A stretch of DNA of 64,000 nucleotides from Microthyrium microscopicum (taxonomy: Eukaryota): positions 1,933,539 through 1,997,538 of the forward strand of contig MU004235.1 in assembly GCA_010405405.1 (NCBI GenBank), written 5' to 3'. The notes under the pieces are model-generated. The model searched no databases and was not told the DNA's origin. It was given only the letters and a program-made list of their open reading frames with translations. Positions 1 through 13,205 of this stretch are shown here, piece by piece (within the stretch, counting starts at the first letter, position 1; each line of letters starts with the position of its first letter). The translations under genes and the position numbers were made by a program.

Positions 1-58
1 TCTCTCTTCTTGGCTTCCGTGACGATAGCCTCACTTCTTCAATCCCAAATTCTCCAAA

Positions 59-1872
59 ATGGCTACTCACGACGGGCATATCCCAGAAAAGGTATTTCTT
101 ATCCATCATCAAAGTCCATTAGGCCACCCAACGTACTTACACACGTCCAGGAGCGACATGAAATTGAAGAAGAGCTCCATACGGAGCTTTTGCCCGGCAC
201 TGAAATCATGGCCGACGTTGGGAGACACAGCTTCGTTAAAAGCGGCGATGCATCCCACCGGGTCCTCGTGCCTCAACCGACAGATAATCCCCACGATCCC
301 TTGAATTGGACACCCTTCTGGAAACTCGCTGCCATCACCGCCGCCTCCTGGGTGACATTTACCCAAGGTTTCGCGCCCCTCTCACTCGCGCCACAGTTTC
401 CCTATTACATGAAGGAATTTGATCGCAGTCTCGCCGATGTCGTGCAATTCACCGGCGTATGCATCCTCGTCTTAGGCTTCTCCAATTTCATTTGGGTGCC
501 TCTCAGCACGTCCTTCGGTAGACGGCCGGTGTATATTGCAAGCCAGTGTGTCTGTTTTGGATCGATGATTTGGCGTGCAAAAGCGACAAGTTATGGGAGT
601 TTTATGGGGGCTTGTGTGCTCAATGGTATTGGCGCGGGGCCGTGTGAGACGATTCAGCCGGCGGTTATTGCGGATATGTTCTTTTTGCATGTTCGGGGTA
701 GGTGGAATACTCTGTATTGGGTTGTGTATATGGGGAGTTTGATGGTTGCGCCGATTATCTCGGGAAGCATGGCGGAGCATTCTGGGTGGCGGTCATTTTG
801 GTGGTATGTATGACTTGTATTGTTTAGATCACTTGAGACTAATAAGTGTGTATAGGCTGAACGTAGGGATGACTGGGTTGAGCATTCTTCTGTGCATATT
901 CTTATTTCCCGAGACGAAATGGGATCGGCGAGAGAACCCTCTGGCAGACTTGGACAAGAATAATGCATTCAAGGAGAAGAACGATGTAGCAGACGGGAAC
1001 GATGCAGGTTCTGCGCCTATTGAAGCTCTGACTACAGCAGATGTGATCGAGCGCGATCCATATCTGGGTAAAGGGACACCTAGTAAAGCGCAATTCCGAT
1101 TTTTCACACCCAACGCCAACCCTTGGAGGAATATGGGTTTAGATCTCTGGATCCCATGGAAACTATTTGCCTTCCCCATTGTCGAATTCGCCAGCTTCGT
1201 TGTTAGTTGGAGTTGCAGCTCTTTCCTTACCATCAATCTCACACAATCTCAAGTGCTCGCGGCACCGCCTTACAACTGGAGTGCTCAGAATATCGGCTTC
1301 ACTAACTTCGCTATCCTAATCGGCGCCTTCATTGGCCTTGCTACAGCTGGTCCATTTTCAGATTGGATCTCCGACCGAGCAACCCGGCGAAATGGAGGCA
1401 TTCGAGAACCAGAGATGCGGTTACCAGCTCTAATCCCATACGTGATCATCATGTATCTCGGCAACATTATTGTTTCCGTGGGCTATCAAAATCACTGGCC
1501 ATGGCAAGCCATCGTTGTAATCGGATTTGCTTGTGCTGGCATCCAAGTTGCAGCGATTCCAGCCATTGTCAGCACATATGCTGTTGACAGTTATAAACCA
1601 GTCGCTGGAAGCTTATTCGTTAGTATAACGGTCAACAAGAATGTATGGGGATATGGATTCTCGAAATTTATCACGCCTTGGAGTGAAGAAGCTGGGTAAG
1701 ATAATGAGATGCACTTCGTATAGGGACGATGCTAACAATGACAAGATTCATCAAGCCGATTATGACAAACGGAACTTTGACTTTGGTATGGTGTCTCTTT
1801 GGCATCCTGTTCTTCTATTATGGCAAAACATTCCGACGCTGGACGAGAAAAAGCAACGTCCATAGGCTATAA
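59..1872 (+). CDS. MFS transporter (DHA1/polyamine-type fungal MFS), 4 exons
   Basis: ATG at 59; introns about 92-150, 804-855 and 1696-1745; motifs VLVPQPTDNPHDPLNW, PLSTSFGRRPVY, IADMFFLHVRG, GIREPEMRLP; multiple TM helices; stop TAA at 1870-1872. Confidence 0.9.
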
Positions 1873-1958
1873 ACATGAAATCGAGGCTCGAAATTGTGAT
1901 GGAAAAGAGTTAACAAGATGTCTCATGGACTTGTAGATCCGAATATGTAGTGTGGGAA

Positions 1959-3559
1959 TCATATTCTAACCAACACGAGACTTTCAGAGGAATTGCAGCT
2001 ATCCAGGAAATCATCCAACGGGATACCGCATACTTCTCGTAGATGTATCAAAATAGCCTCACACCAGCTGTTCTCCGGCAGATTCCAGTACTGGAAAAAT
2101 CCCATTGCAACTGTGATTGGAAGAGCTATAAGGCTTGCTCCATTACCGGCAACTTCAGGCCCCAGAAAGTGATCGAGAGATTTTGCAATGTTCCTGGCAC
2201 AGGTGTAGGCCCTGTTGTATACATCTAGCTCCTGTGACGAGAAATCTCCGAACTGAGGCACACCTTGTTCAGCCTGCCTTGGCTTGTACGGAGTCTCAAA
2301 TGTGGCCAGTGCGGTCCAGTGATTGCTGTATATCAACAACAGTGCTGTCCAGTATAGTATTTGAGAGTACGCAGTCGCTGAATCTGGGAACAGAAAGTTT
2401 CCAGAAAGTTTGCCGATGTGGGCCTTGCTGGGAGAGATACTGAGTAAAAAGGAGAGGTGGGAAGCTCTTTCAATATGCAGCTTATCTTGCGTCGACAGTA
2501 CTCTCTCGCGCTGCCATGCTTCAAGTTCATTGATAAGTTTGTGAGTCTGGTCGATAAAGCATTGCACTTGTTTGACATCTCCAAATAGAGACACATTATC
2601 TCGCAATTCATCGGCGGCTTCCATGTATGCAGGCAATTGGGCCATGATTTGTAGTATTTCATGTACTGGATCTGTACCTACTGCTAAATTAGCAGTAACA
2701 GCATTCTCAAGGAAAATGGATTTTCTTCTTCCAATAGCATTAATAATCTGTGGCAAAATATTAACAGCAACACACGTCCAGAGTCAAATGACTTACTCTA
2801 TTGTTCCTGTAACCGAAGCTAAGAGTCGTTTCCAGTGATGAGGTTGCATCATTTTTCGGCATATGTTGTATCAACAACCTCGTGGCATTGACGTGACTTG
2901 TCCATCCAAGGCAACGATTTTCCGAGTATCCATAAATTTCATACAGTCCAAGTAGCATGACGGTTGCGAGCAGCTCCAAACTATAGTCTCCTGCAGACTG
3001 CCCGACCAGTTTTTGTGTTTCAAGCAAAGCCTTACTATACAAATGGACACTACAGTTTCTCATGGCGGCATCTTTTGTGGACATCGATATCCTAGCCGCA
3101 CCTAGAGCCTCTAGAGCGGAAGATATGGCTGGGCTGGAAGGCAAATCGGGGACATATCTGAGCCAGTCGTCTGATTCTGTACCAGAAGCCGTAGCTGACC
3201 GGAAGCTTGCTGTCAGATAGAAATCCAGAAATACATTTCGTAACAAAGTAGAAAAAGCACTCTGTTCACAGGTCTTGGGAAGTGAGAACACTGTAGGTGA
3301 CCTTGCCGTTCGCTTCTGAGCGCGGATCGAATTGCTTGATTTGGTATCGTAGTTGATGAATTTCATTTCTCGTTCGTATCCTGCGCAAATAAGTCCAGAT
3401 TTGGTGCATGTCCCGCAGGAAGGACGTTTCAAGTCACACTATTTGGGTCAGAACGCTTAGGCTCAAAAGGTATGAACTTCATGTATCAGGGTGACTTACT
3501 CCTTTCTTACGCCTTCTACACGTGTCGCAGCGTCCTGAACGCCCAGGTGCACCTACCAT
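1959..3559 (-). CDS. Zn(II)2Cys6 fungal transcription factor
   Basis: Spliced N-terminus MVGAPGRSGRCDTCRRRKKG|CDLKRPSCGTCTKSGLICAGY gives all six Cys; downstream LLATVMLLGLYE...GWTSHV is typical of the fungal-specific TF region; introns near 3441-3499 and about 2745-2797. Confidence 0.9.
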
Positions 3560-4387
3560 TTCTGTTGCAGAGAATAAGTTCCGGAAGGATGCGAGGAAGA
3601 ATAGGTTAAGCACTAGATCATAATGCGACTTGATAACTTTGTAAGATTGATGGAAACTGCTACTTTTATGTGCGGGGATAATGACAGTCTAACATTCTAG
3701 AGGATTGACTTGAGCTTCAAGTTAGCTGCTCCCAGTATCTTTAAATAACCTTTGTATGTTGTGTCCAGCATGAATACGACCGCAAGAGCGGACAAGGCTG
3801 AGAACGATGCTTATGATTGGCGCGCACCTTGACTCCAAAAAGGGCCTAGTGTTCAGCCTCATTCTCAGCCTTATGGTCTTTTATGCCGAGCTTCAATGCA
3901 ACATACAACTAATGACCATTAGAAAGGTTATCGCTAGAATTCGCAGCTGCCAAGCAAGAACTCCATTGATTACCAAGATAGTATTTCTATACACATCAAT
4001 GTGGTTGTAGCCAAATACATCCATCGAAGAGTCAGCATCTTTCCGGAATTTACCAAGGTCTTGCCTTGTCAGGTAAGAAATAAGAAGGACAATTCATCAG
4101 CCTAAATCTCAGCATTTGAAGCCTCGAACTGAAGTCTGCCTGTTATCAAAATCGCTGGTGCCTCTTACCATCAGTGACGTTTGAAGTCCTCCATTAGCAG
4201 CAGCCTTACATGCGTCCCTCTATCAAACCAATACACCAGTACTGTTTACCTTTCTCTACTTTAGCTCGATACCACGAATCTGTACCACAGATTGTTTGCC
4301 AAGTCTCACACTTATTCCAATCTTCTTTACTCTTGGTGGCTGAGCTAAGGTTAAACCCCAATTCCTTCTAGAGTCCTCTCCTTGCAA

Positions 4388-6170
4388 TGGCATCCTACAA
4401 TTCTGGACCTTTCGGTGGTTCTTACGGTTCGCTTGCTACAGCCAGTCCAAGTGTAGCTTCTAGTGCATTCACGTAAGCTCTATTTCCAGTGCTCCGTATC
4501 TTTGAGACCTCCTAACCCCATCGAAAGGCCTTACCTCTCCGGCAATCGCTTGATATGCGCGAAGGTTCGGGACGATGACCCTCCCGATGGCGTCTTACCT
4601 CCTCGGGGTAGCCATCTGTTCTTTGCCATAGGCGCAAAGATTCTGGTTGGCTTTACGAACATGAAAAGCTGGAACCCTTCGGCCACTACATCCTACCGGT
4701 GGGACCAATTCAATGAATGGAAACATCGACTCGACTACGCCGATGGCTATGACCCTCGAGCATTCCCCGGAACTGGAATGGCTTGGAAGCAGTCCTATCA
4801 ATCAGTTCTTCGACTCAAATTTGGTCAATTGTCTGGCAAAGGCCTGGCATCAACCACATACCCCTCGTGGACCCAAAATCCCTCCTCTCAGGCTCCTTCA
4901 CAGACGCCTCAGCCTGCAATGTTCCAAAATGGCACACCCTCACTGTTCTCACAGGTCAGTGAATCTTATGACAGCTAGGGGAAATATATACTTATCTATT
5001 TGAAGGTCAATCAACCGCAGTCAAATCAGACAGTTCTGTCTGCAGGTTCATTCGGAGCGCCTTTACCACCATCGACCCAAAAGTCGTATGCATCGAGTCA
5101 CTTCAATTTAACGCCCCAAGAGACTCATCCTTTCCAACATCAGCAACCATTGTTCCAGACTTCTCAGCATTCGTGGCATCAAAGCAATCATCAGATTCAG
5201 AACGCTCAGCAAGTAACAGGGAGTCAGACCCAAATATTTCCAACTGTAAGTAAGGAGATATCGTGGATTTTGAATCATTGACGACTTAATTTACTAAATG
5301 CTCAAGCAGGCAGCTCCACAGATCTCTATTGGAAACTTAAACCATGAGGAATTGACCAGCCTGGCAAAAGCTTATCTGCATTATGAAGGTCAGGCAAAAG
5401 AGCAGTATAATGCTACCATGAACTCTGTTGTTCAAGGCTTTGTCTCTTCCTTCCCACAGCTACAAAATCGTCAGGGTTGATCTGCACGAAGAGCGTGGTT
5501 GGTTTCTCGGGGCTATGAGAAGCCTTTACAACTGTCCAGTGCTCTGTCATATGTTCGCCAGGGGACATCAGCTGTGTTTGCAATGCTTATGACTCAAAAG
5601 TTTGGAATGTTGCATGCCTTCAGTTCACCTGCCATTCGTTGCTTTTCCTAAGATTATTGCTCTTGCTAAAATGATAAATTCAATATAACCAGGTTAGACC
5701 ATGAAGACCCTGTGCGGACAAAACGAGCTTTTCAGAGCACATAGAACCTGGACAGGAACTTTATTATTGTTTACACTCGGCTCCCATAATGGGAAACACG
5801 ACCTGCTCAAACTCAAGGAATGGTAGTCGAAAATCCTCAAAGTCTTCTGGGCGGTACATCCCAAAGACTTGAACCTCGCTCTAAGCATGAAGTGAAATGT
5901 GCTTCCTGTGTTCACACGAGATCCACTGGGGTGTTTTCTAGGCTATCAGACACGGAATCACAAGTGGCTCAGCTAGTGACTGTGATGACCAGCCATTTGG
6001 TAGTCTTTACACCATCGATCAAAACTGCAGCATATTTTTTATAAGCACACTCATGCCCAATGTCTTTGCAGGGTCAGATTCCCGCTGATCGTGCATCCCG
6101 ACCAGGTTGATGACCTGGTAAACCTATCCACATGGCTTTTGCACCGATGCTATTGAGCCAGGACTGGGTA
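4388..6170 (+). pseudogene. Multi-exon S/Q/P-rich hypothetical gene, probably decayed; possible PHD-like remnant at the 3' end
   Basis: ATG at 4388, splice-like sites, low-complexity Q/S/P ORF pieces (4463-5480); Cys/His pieces VKCASC, EIHWG/GCFL and TWL..RC lie in different frames. Confidence 0.3.
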
Positions 6171-6706
6171 CCCAGAGTTGGAAGTTCATTTATAGACCAG
6201 TTCGCCGAATTCACCGACCGGCGTTTGACTAAGGCCCTGGCTTGGTAGGTCCTGACTTGCGAAGCATCCAGTAAACTGTCTTCGGGACATTACTAGTAAT
6301 CGCAGTTACGGACAGCTTCACCATTTTCGGAGTATTTCCTATAATCCTTTGCCAATTCAATTCGCTATGTTCCGTATTCACTTATTCATTCAAGCACACA
6401 AGTTCAAAATAAGTCAAATGGATGGTTGAATCATTAGAGATTCACTCAACAATAGAAATCTTTACACTCGGACGAGATGGGCTAGCTTTCACGCAAACTT
6501 CCTTCACCAGCTTCTTGACCGCCACAGAAATATACACCCCCCGAGCTGATCAGTCATCAACAGTTGCCCTTGGAACCACAGTTCCTTGCGACTATATTCA
6601 GTTTTGCGGATCCTCTGGTAACCCGAAATCTGATTGGATCTAGTGATGTTAGTCAAATTAGAGTCAAGGCCGCGAGAACTCCGAATTTGAGTAATGAGCC
6701 TGATGA

Positions 6707-7633
6707 TCAACTTACCTGCTCCACGAGCTCCCCTAGGCTGCCTGTACAAAAATGCTTTTGTATCACAGCGGCTTCACGAAGAAAGCGAGAAACCTTTTCG
6801 ATGAGCTCCTCCTGGGCAATGTATCCTAGGTGCTCGATGAGGCAGAAGACTTCTTTGTCGGTGAGTAGTTTCTGAATCTTCTTGGCCATGACACTCTTAC
6901 GAGTATCTACAAGCCAGCCTTCTTTCAGCCAGGGTCTTCCGAGAGCTTCATTCAGGTCCATTGGGGGCCGTCCTGTGTTGTTTCGATCTTGAAGCCATGT
7001 CTCAAAGCTCAAGAAGCCATACTGGCATAAGTCGCGATTTGCTTTCTCCACTCGAGTGGACATGTCATCATACAGGATTCTGGCCGACCCAACTTGTCTT
7101 GCAGACTTCTTAGTGAATTTGTGGTACCAACAGTCCAGTGCGATTCCCGCTGCTTCAAGCTGCAGCTGCAAAGACTGCTGCTCAGTTAAACTTAGACCAT
7201 CGAGTAACAGAGCTTGATAAATATCTCGAATCCGTACAAGGTTTGGCAAATCATGACACGTTATTTGAAGCTCGTGATTCAACTGATTCAAAGCGTCAAG
7301 ACAGCTATACATCACGGCATCGTTCATCATTGATGTGGCCTTCTCAAAGTTCGTGTCAGAGCACGGATCGGAGATATATGCTACTAGACTGTTAGAGCGC
7401 TTTGCTGACTTGATAGAAGATCGTGACTTACGTTTGATCTCATGCTTTTCGACCCTTCTGATTGTAAAGAGCGTGCTACCACATGGAATGAGTGGCGCAT
7501 TGTGCTCGTTGATAGTACACCCTAGGAGTGCGAGTGCAGGAGCACAAATTTGTCTCATGCGAGCAGTCCAGTAGTTGAGTCGTCTTATATGATGGTTCAG
7601 ACGGACCAGAGCCTCGGGATGGGAAATAGCCAT
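6707..7633 (-). CDS. Hypothetical helical protein (308 aa or more); paralogue of the 8860-9960 locus
   Basis: Long uninterrupted ORF with ATG; may splice further at GTAAGT near 6715; colinear similarity to the neighbouring locus. Confidence 0.6.
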   Translation of the reverse strand: MAISHPEALVRLNHHIRRLNYWTARMRQICAPALALLGCTINEHNAPLIPCGSTLFTIRRVEKHEIKRKSRSSIKSAKRSNSLVAYISDPCSDTNFEKATSMMNDAVMYSCLDALNQLNHELQITCHDLPNLVRIRDIYQALLLDGLSLTEQQSLQLQLEAAGIALDCWYHKFTKKSARQVGSARILYDDMSTRVEKANRDLCQYGFLSFETWLQDRNNTGRPPMDLNEALGRPWLKEGWLVDTRKSVMAKKIQKLLTDKEVFCLIEHLGYIAQEELIEKVSRFLREAAVIQKHFCTGSLGELVEQVS

Positions 7634-8859
7634 GGTGACACTTGCCTGAGGAGGATAAGTGGAGCTTCTGATGTACTTTTAGTAGGTGATATCATGACTG
7701 GCTTCGAGACACCAACGTAATTTCTCCACTTTCAAGTGAAGCAGAAGACATACTAGCCTAATCCTGATCCAAAATAAAAGCAGAATTTACTAGGTCCAGT
7801 CAAGTCTAGAAGACGAACTCGCAGGCCTGGTCTGAAGTCCAAAGGCGCAAATATTCCGTTGGTAAATACAACAGGAAAGCGGAAGTGTGAAGCGGTGTTG
7901 AGGAATAGCGGCAATCATTGAGAGGGACTTCGCGTGTTTTATATAGCTCTCCTCACCCCCACAAGTGAACGAGTCGAAGGGCTAGCTACCTGAGAACTTT
8001 CATTTGCTAACCCGTTGGCGTTAGTCTGCCTTCGTAAGGCACAAACCAGCAAGTATGAACTTGAGTCCGAGAAGTTGAGGTGAATTGACATTCGCCCCTT
8101 CACAAATTTGGCTATTGCAGTTCTGGGCTAAAGAATCTGGATTTGGCACCTACTGATTAAGCAAAAGAAAAGCCATCCTGTTCTATTGCAGAAGCAAAGA
8201 TCGCAGCTTTGGAATTGTCTACTTCTGTCGCTCAGGCGACGAGTTGGTCGATAATAAGAATTACTCACTTAATAAGGAAATAGGTAGGTACTTATTCACG
8301 AAAGAAGGCAAAGTCCCAACATCTGTCGCTGGTCTTCAATATGAAATACGGAAATATAATGGCGTACTGAATATGTTCAAACAAAAAGACACGCCACTCA
8401 ACTGAATGATAAAGCAGAAAAGGCAAGTTAAATAAGGTGAATACTGGTCATGCCGCCGATCCATGGGCAGAGTCGCTGTGAAAGCGGTAAAGTGGGAAAT
8501 GCATGCCATGCACGCAGTAAAAGAAAAACGATGACTTTCAGGCTGATTCCTGAAGGATAGCAACGGATCATCAACCGGTACAATGCATGAAATCTTTCGA
8601 GGTATAGAATTGGATCCAAAAGAAAACTGACAAACACAGAGTATATAAATCAATAATCACAACTTCAGACTTGATCTCCATTATTGTAAGAAAAAAGTGG
8701 CGAACAGCAAAGTATTGCTGAAAGTATTTTCCAATCCATCAAGATGCTGAAGCAAAGCAGACCAGAAACCAGCAGACAATTGCCAAGCTAGGCCAAGCTC
8801 CATGAATTTTTATAAGGCAGGGCTGTTAATTGTCAGGCTTCTTGATCCACCATACATCC

Positions 8860-9960
8860 TTATAGCGGGACCAGGTCGTCTGACAACTTAAACTCTGTCC
8901 AAAGCTGAGTAATCGGCTTTGTTATCCCTCCATCCGGCTCGAGCTGTCTAAATACTTCCCCGGCCGCTCGATAACTGGCGGCACATCTCTCGACAGAGTA
9001 CTCCCAAGCAAGAGTGCCCACATCCTCTGCTAATTCAATGAGTTGCGGAGGGGACCATTGCAGATGTTTCTCGGTTCCCATCTTGATAGAGGTGGCTCGG
9101 ACCTCCTCGAACCATGTTTCTCGACGAGCGGAGCACTCCAGAGCGCGATCCATATGCAGGTTAGGCTCCTCCGTATCTTTGAGCCATTGGAGCCAAGTTG
9201 GAAAATCTTTGATGCCGAAGCGACGCAAGGTCTCGTAGGATTTCCATTTCAAATGCCCTACTCGCATGCCTGCGGTCTATTAGCATTCGATCACCGGAGA
9301 CAAACTGAATGCGGATGATATATCCGTTCATTGCTATTCAGGTCTTGGGTAAATTCATCAAGTACACGCGCAAATACTTACTTCTGGAATTCATCTCCGC
9401 CCATGAAATGGTGGGTGGATCCAATTCGCGTCGGAAGCGCTCAATAGTCTGTCCGAGCTTCAACTGCTCCTGTTTAAGCATAATATGGTGTGCCCAAGTG
9501 GTGTCTCGCTCACGGGTGGCTTTGTCTAACAGCGTGAAGCATGACCCAATTCTGCCCAGATTTTCGGTAGATGGAAGGTTGTGCAAGAGCTGTGCAACCT
9601 GTCTAGTAAGGTGAAAGAGATCAACCCAGCAATCCTGCAGGGCGGCTTCAGTCATTTCTTTCACCAGCTCAGCGAAAGTCCACTGAACACGGAGTGGATA
9701 TATAACTGCAGATACCTGTCAGACAATGCAAGACGACGAGTAAATTCCGACCTACCAGCAATAGTATGTTTCGTTGTCCATATCGGCAAAGTTGAACCAC
9801 AAACTCCGGCCGCCTCTGCTTGTAGACTCTGGAGCGAGCCTATGGCATTTAGTGAGTCAGTGGCGACTCGTAGAAGCCTACACTCCCAGTAAGCTATCTG
9901 CGTCTCACGGCAGTGTAATCGCTGGATAGCGGCGGGATATGTTTCGAATCGTCCGTCCTG
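8860..9960 (-). pseudogene. Disrupted paralogue of 6707-7633
   Basis: Split over three ORFs (9661-10185, 9338-9664, 8860-9267) with colinear matches: YPAAIQRLHCRETQIAYWECRL vs HPEALVRLNHHIRRLNYWTARM; MTEAALQDCWVDL vs MNDAVMYSCLDAL; HNLPS vs HDLPN; FGIKDFPTWLQ vs YGFLSFETWLQ. Confidence 0.55.
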
Positions 9961-10821
9961 GATAGGGTCTATGATGATCTTTAAATTGAGAAAACAAGAA
10001 CTTGCTGGAGAAAAAGCGGACGCAAAATTCGATTTTGAACGTGTTGTGCTGGGTAGACGTAGAATGATGAATGAGAGATGGTACGGAAGACAATTAGATG
10101 CGCCGGGGCCTTCAAGTATCAAGTCCTCTAAGTACCAAGTTCTCGGAGTACACGGACCGATTGTCCGAGGGAACAGTAACTCCATAATCGAGAAGAAGAA
10201 GGAGCAATGTTGTTAAAAGGTATGCGCATCTCTATGAACAGATATTAGGAAAGATTGCTGAAAGTTGTGGTGGCTAGCGCAAATCTATAAAAAGCAAGGT
10301 GACCAATCAGAAGCCAGCTTCATTTCAGGTGCGAAGCAGTGGACCAATGGCAATGCAGCATTTCGCTACCTCCAACTTCATGCCATCAGATCGAGCTCAT
10401 AAGCAGAGCTGTAAGCAACCATAGGTATCGGCTAAGGCTTACATCTGATGCCGGCAGTGTGAGAACAGCGAGATGATATACATGTAAAAAGAGGTACCCA
10501 ACAAAGACAGCACATACAAGAAGCTGGAATAATCACGACAGCACGTGAATGCACGAGTCAGCAATTGCTTGTCGCAGAAAGCGTGCTTTTAGCAAGTTGT
10601 TTATAGGAAGGATTCACTGTTAGAATAATTTCTCCGCAACAGTGCAGAATTCGGTATTTGCTGTGCTTTTTGCCTAAACCAGCAAACGGGCGCGAGTCTC
10701 AAACTTGGATTTAAAAAGTTGAGACGGATGAAAAAGCTCATGAAAAGAAATAGCTGCGCATTGCCTTACTTCAAGGATGTTAAAGCTACATAATTATATG
10801 CCCAGGCGTCGTTCTCATCAA

Positions 10822-12144
10822 CTACATCTCCTCCTCAACAAGGAGCAAGCGTTTGAGGGCCGCAGTAGTTAGCCCTTGAAATTTTTCGTAGCAGCGATCT
10901 TCGGCCTCAAGCCAAGCTGAATGGTGATCGTTATAATATTGCTTCACCTGTATGTTATCAGCAGACTGCGCGATAGCTTTCAGACAGATAGTAAAGTCCC
11001 GCATCCGCTGAGTGCCTTGATTGGGATGGTTGAGCAAAGCACTTGTTCTGAGATTTCTGGTTTGCCAGCGTATGATTTTCACGAGCACGAGTCATCAAAG
11101 ATGGTGGCCCGATTTTCTCATGATTACCATCACGAGGGCATGATTCAATAGAAAGGTAACCTAGGGAAAACTTACCGCGTTTCGCTTGGCCTTGCCACTT
11201 CAGTGTTGAGTTCGAAAGAACCCTTGATCCCACCACGAAACAACACGCTCAAAGGCTTCAAGTTGAAATCCAATAGCATGGCCATATCTCCACCAATGCC
11301 TTGGTCCGGCTTGGAAGGGCGAATTATAGTTGTAATATCACGGCACACGTCCTGCCGGATACGGAGCGCCACCCAGCGCATATCTCCGAACATTATTTCC
11401 GCCAAGGTGATAGTCTTTAGACGGTTTGGACCCTCTATTAGACGTTTGCTAATGGTTGCGGTTGGAGGGAAGGGTACTTGAAGCATTTTGCATGTCATAT
11501 AGTCGCGGTATTTGTTGTGCGTTCTTGCATTGATGTCGAGCTGTACATTGGCAACATGACGCATCGCGCCTCTGCATTGGCTTTGCTAGTCATATGGAGT
11601 CAGATTGAACTTCTGAACCAGGTCATAACCGCTAAGGTTAGGAAGATTTGGGGTAGAAATATATATTCTAGAACGGATGTCAAAAAGTATGGCTCATGCA
11701 GAAAGATCAGAGCAGCCTCGACACGATGAAGGAGAATGTATAAGAAAGGGATAAAAGTTGTCTTGTAAAACAATTTGAAGTATTGTAAAGCAATATTGGT
11801 AAGTCGGTATCGAAAAGCTTGCTTCTGTATACCTATTTTGTACACATTGCTTGTTGTGGCAAGCATCCCCGGAGTTCCAACTCAAAGTAAACAAGTAACA
11901 ATGGATTCCGCCCCTGTGAAGAACAGGTAGCAAATCACTTCTATACATCATCAGCTTGACAAGGAAAAGAAGAAAGGAACAGTATTGTTTGCCGATTCTT
12001 GCTCGTTTCCAATCCTCGCGAGAACATCTCTTGCTCCAGCATTAGCATTTTAGCTTTTGATTGAACAGAACCGTGCTCATGAATCTGTGACCTGCTCTTG
12101 CATTCTGTTGTATGCGAGCCTTTCTGACCGATGCCATTTAGCAT
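10822..12144 (-). pseudogene. F-box-like array copy 1 (degraded)
   Basis: GPNRLKTITLAEIMFGDMRWVALRIRQDVC...LDFNLKPL aligns with copy 3 (GPNRLKTVMFSHVTFQDPSWMALRIRQELC...LDWNLAPL); N-terminal part is fragmented over several frames. Confidence 0.65.
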
Positions 12145-12265
12145 GATCGTTGTTGTAACGTGTGTACACCTGCGTATTAATTTAGTAGGCTGCAGAAGAA
12201 GTTTTGTACCCTCATGAGGTTCTCTATGATTGCAATGCGTTTTGTTTTGTCAAGAAACTTACTGC

Positions 12266-13205
12266 TTATGCAATTGCTAAGTCTGCGTTATAGATGACAT
12301 GTGTAATAGAAAGAGCGATTCTTTTGGCTTGCAAGTCTATCACCAGGCCCTGATGGAGCAGAACAGAATGGGGGAGTAGGGAAACATACCGCATTTTGCT
12401 TGGCAAAGCTGGCTTCAAGATCATGAACGTATCGGACAGTGTTACCATCACGAAGCAATCCCTTCAACGGTGTCTAATTCCAGTCGAGAGAGGAGCCCAT
12501 GTCTCCGTCTATGCCACGGCCAGGCCCGGGAGACGCAGCTTGGTGAGGTGCATTGCAAACTTGCTGCCAGATGCGATATGCTGCGTGGCCTGGTTCGCCG
12601 AAGGTGATATCCGAGATGCTCACGCTTTTGAGTGCATCCGGGCCCTCCAACATGCTGCGGAGTGGCTGAGTCGGAGGATCAGATTCAGGCAGATGAGTTG
12701 CTGGATCCGCGCCAATATCAAGCTGCAGCTTGGTTATACGACGAAGAGCATTGGGAAGCTCGCTATTACGGTCGTAACATACGCCGAGGAACCAGAGACT
12801 AGCAACGTCAACCTTAATTTCGAACATAGCGGTTTTATAGAAAGTTTGGACGGCTTCGCTGTGTATTTACCGACGAACAAGGAGCAATGCTCTCGACTCT
12901 CGTTTCTGGTAGCCTTGGCCGAGAGAGCTCAAATACTTCTCGTCATTCTCTTTGACGTAGACGGTCGAATTCCGAATGATCAGTTCGTAGATGTCGAGAC
13001 GTAGTTCGGTAGGAAGGCGCATGAACGGAAACGGAGTCTCATCCTAAAAGAACATCAGCCTGCGCACATAAGAGACCATAATCTTCTGTGGAAGGCTTAC
13101 CTGGACGACTTCACCAGTCTGAGTCTGCTAGCTTTGAGACTCACAGCCAGCAATAGCGATGTCTTCAGCAAGAGACAGGTTCTCCATTGTTGAAGCAACT
13201 TCCAT
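12266..13205 (-). pseudogene. F-box-like array copy 2 (recent duplicate of copy 3, premature stops)
   Basis: MEVASTMENLSLAED vs MDALSSMDNLSLADD; PFPFMRLPTELRLDIYELII; LWFLGVCYDRNSELP vs LWFLGVSYDRNSQLP; in-frame TAG near 13129 and TAA near 12867. Confidence 0.8.

Noticed and set aside
12396..13004. 202-aa plus-strand ORF and other antisense ORFs (e.g. 37553-38092, 17564-18112, 25103-25561)
   Set aside because: Shadows of better-supported genes or pseudogenes on the opposite strand
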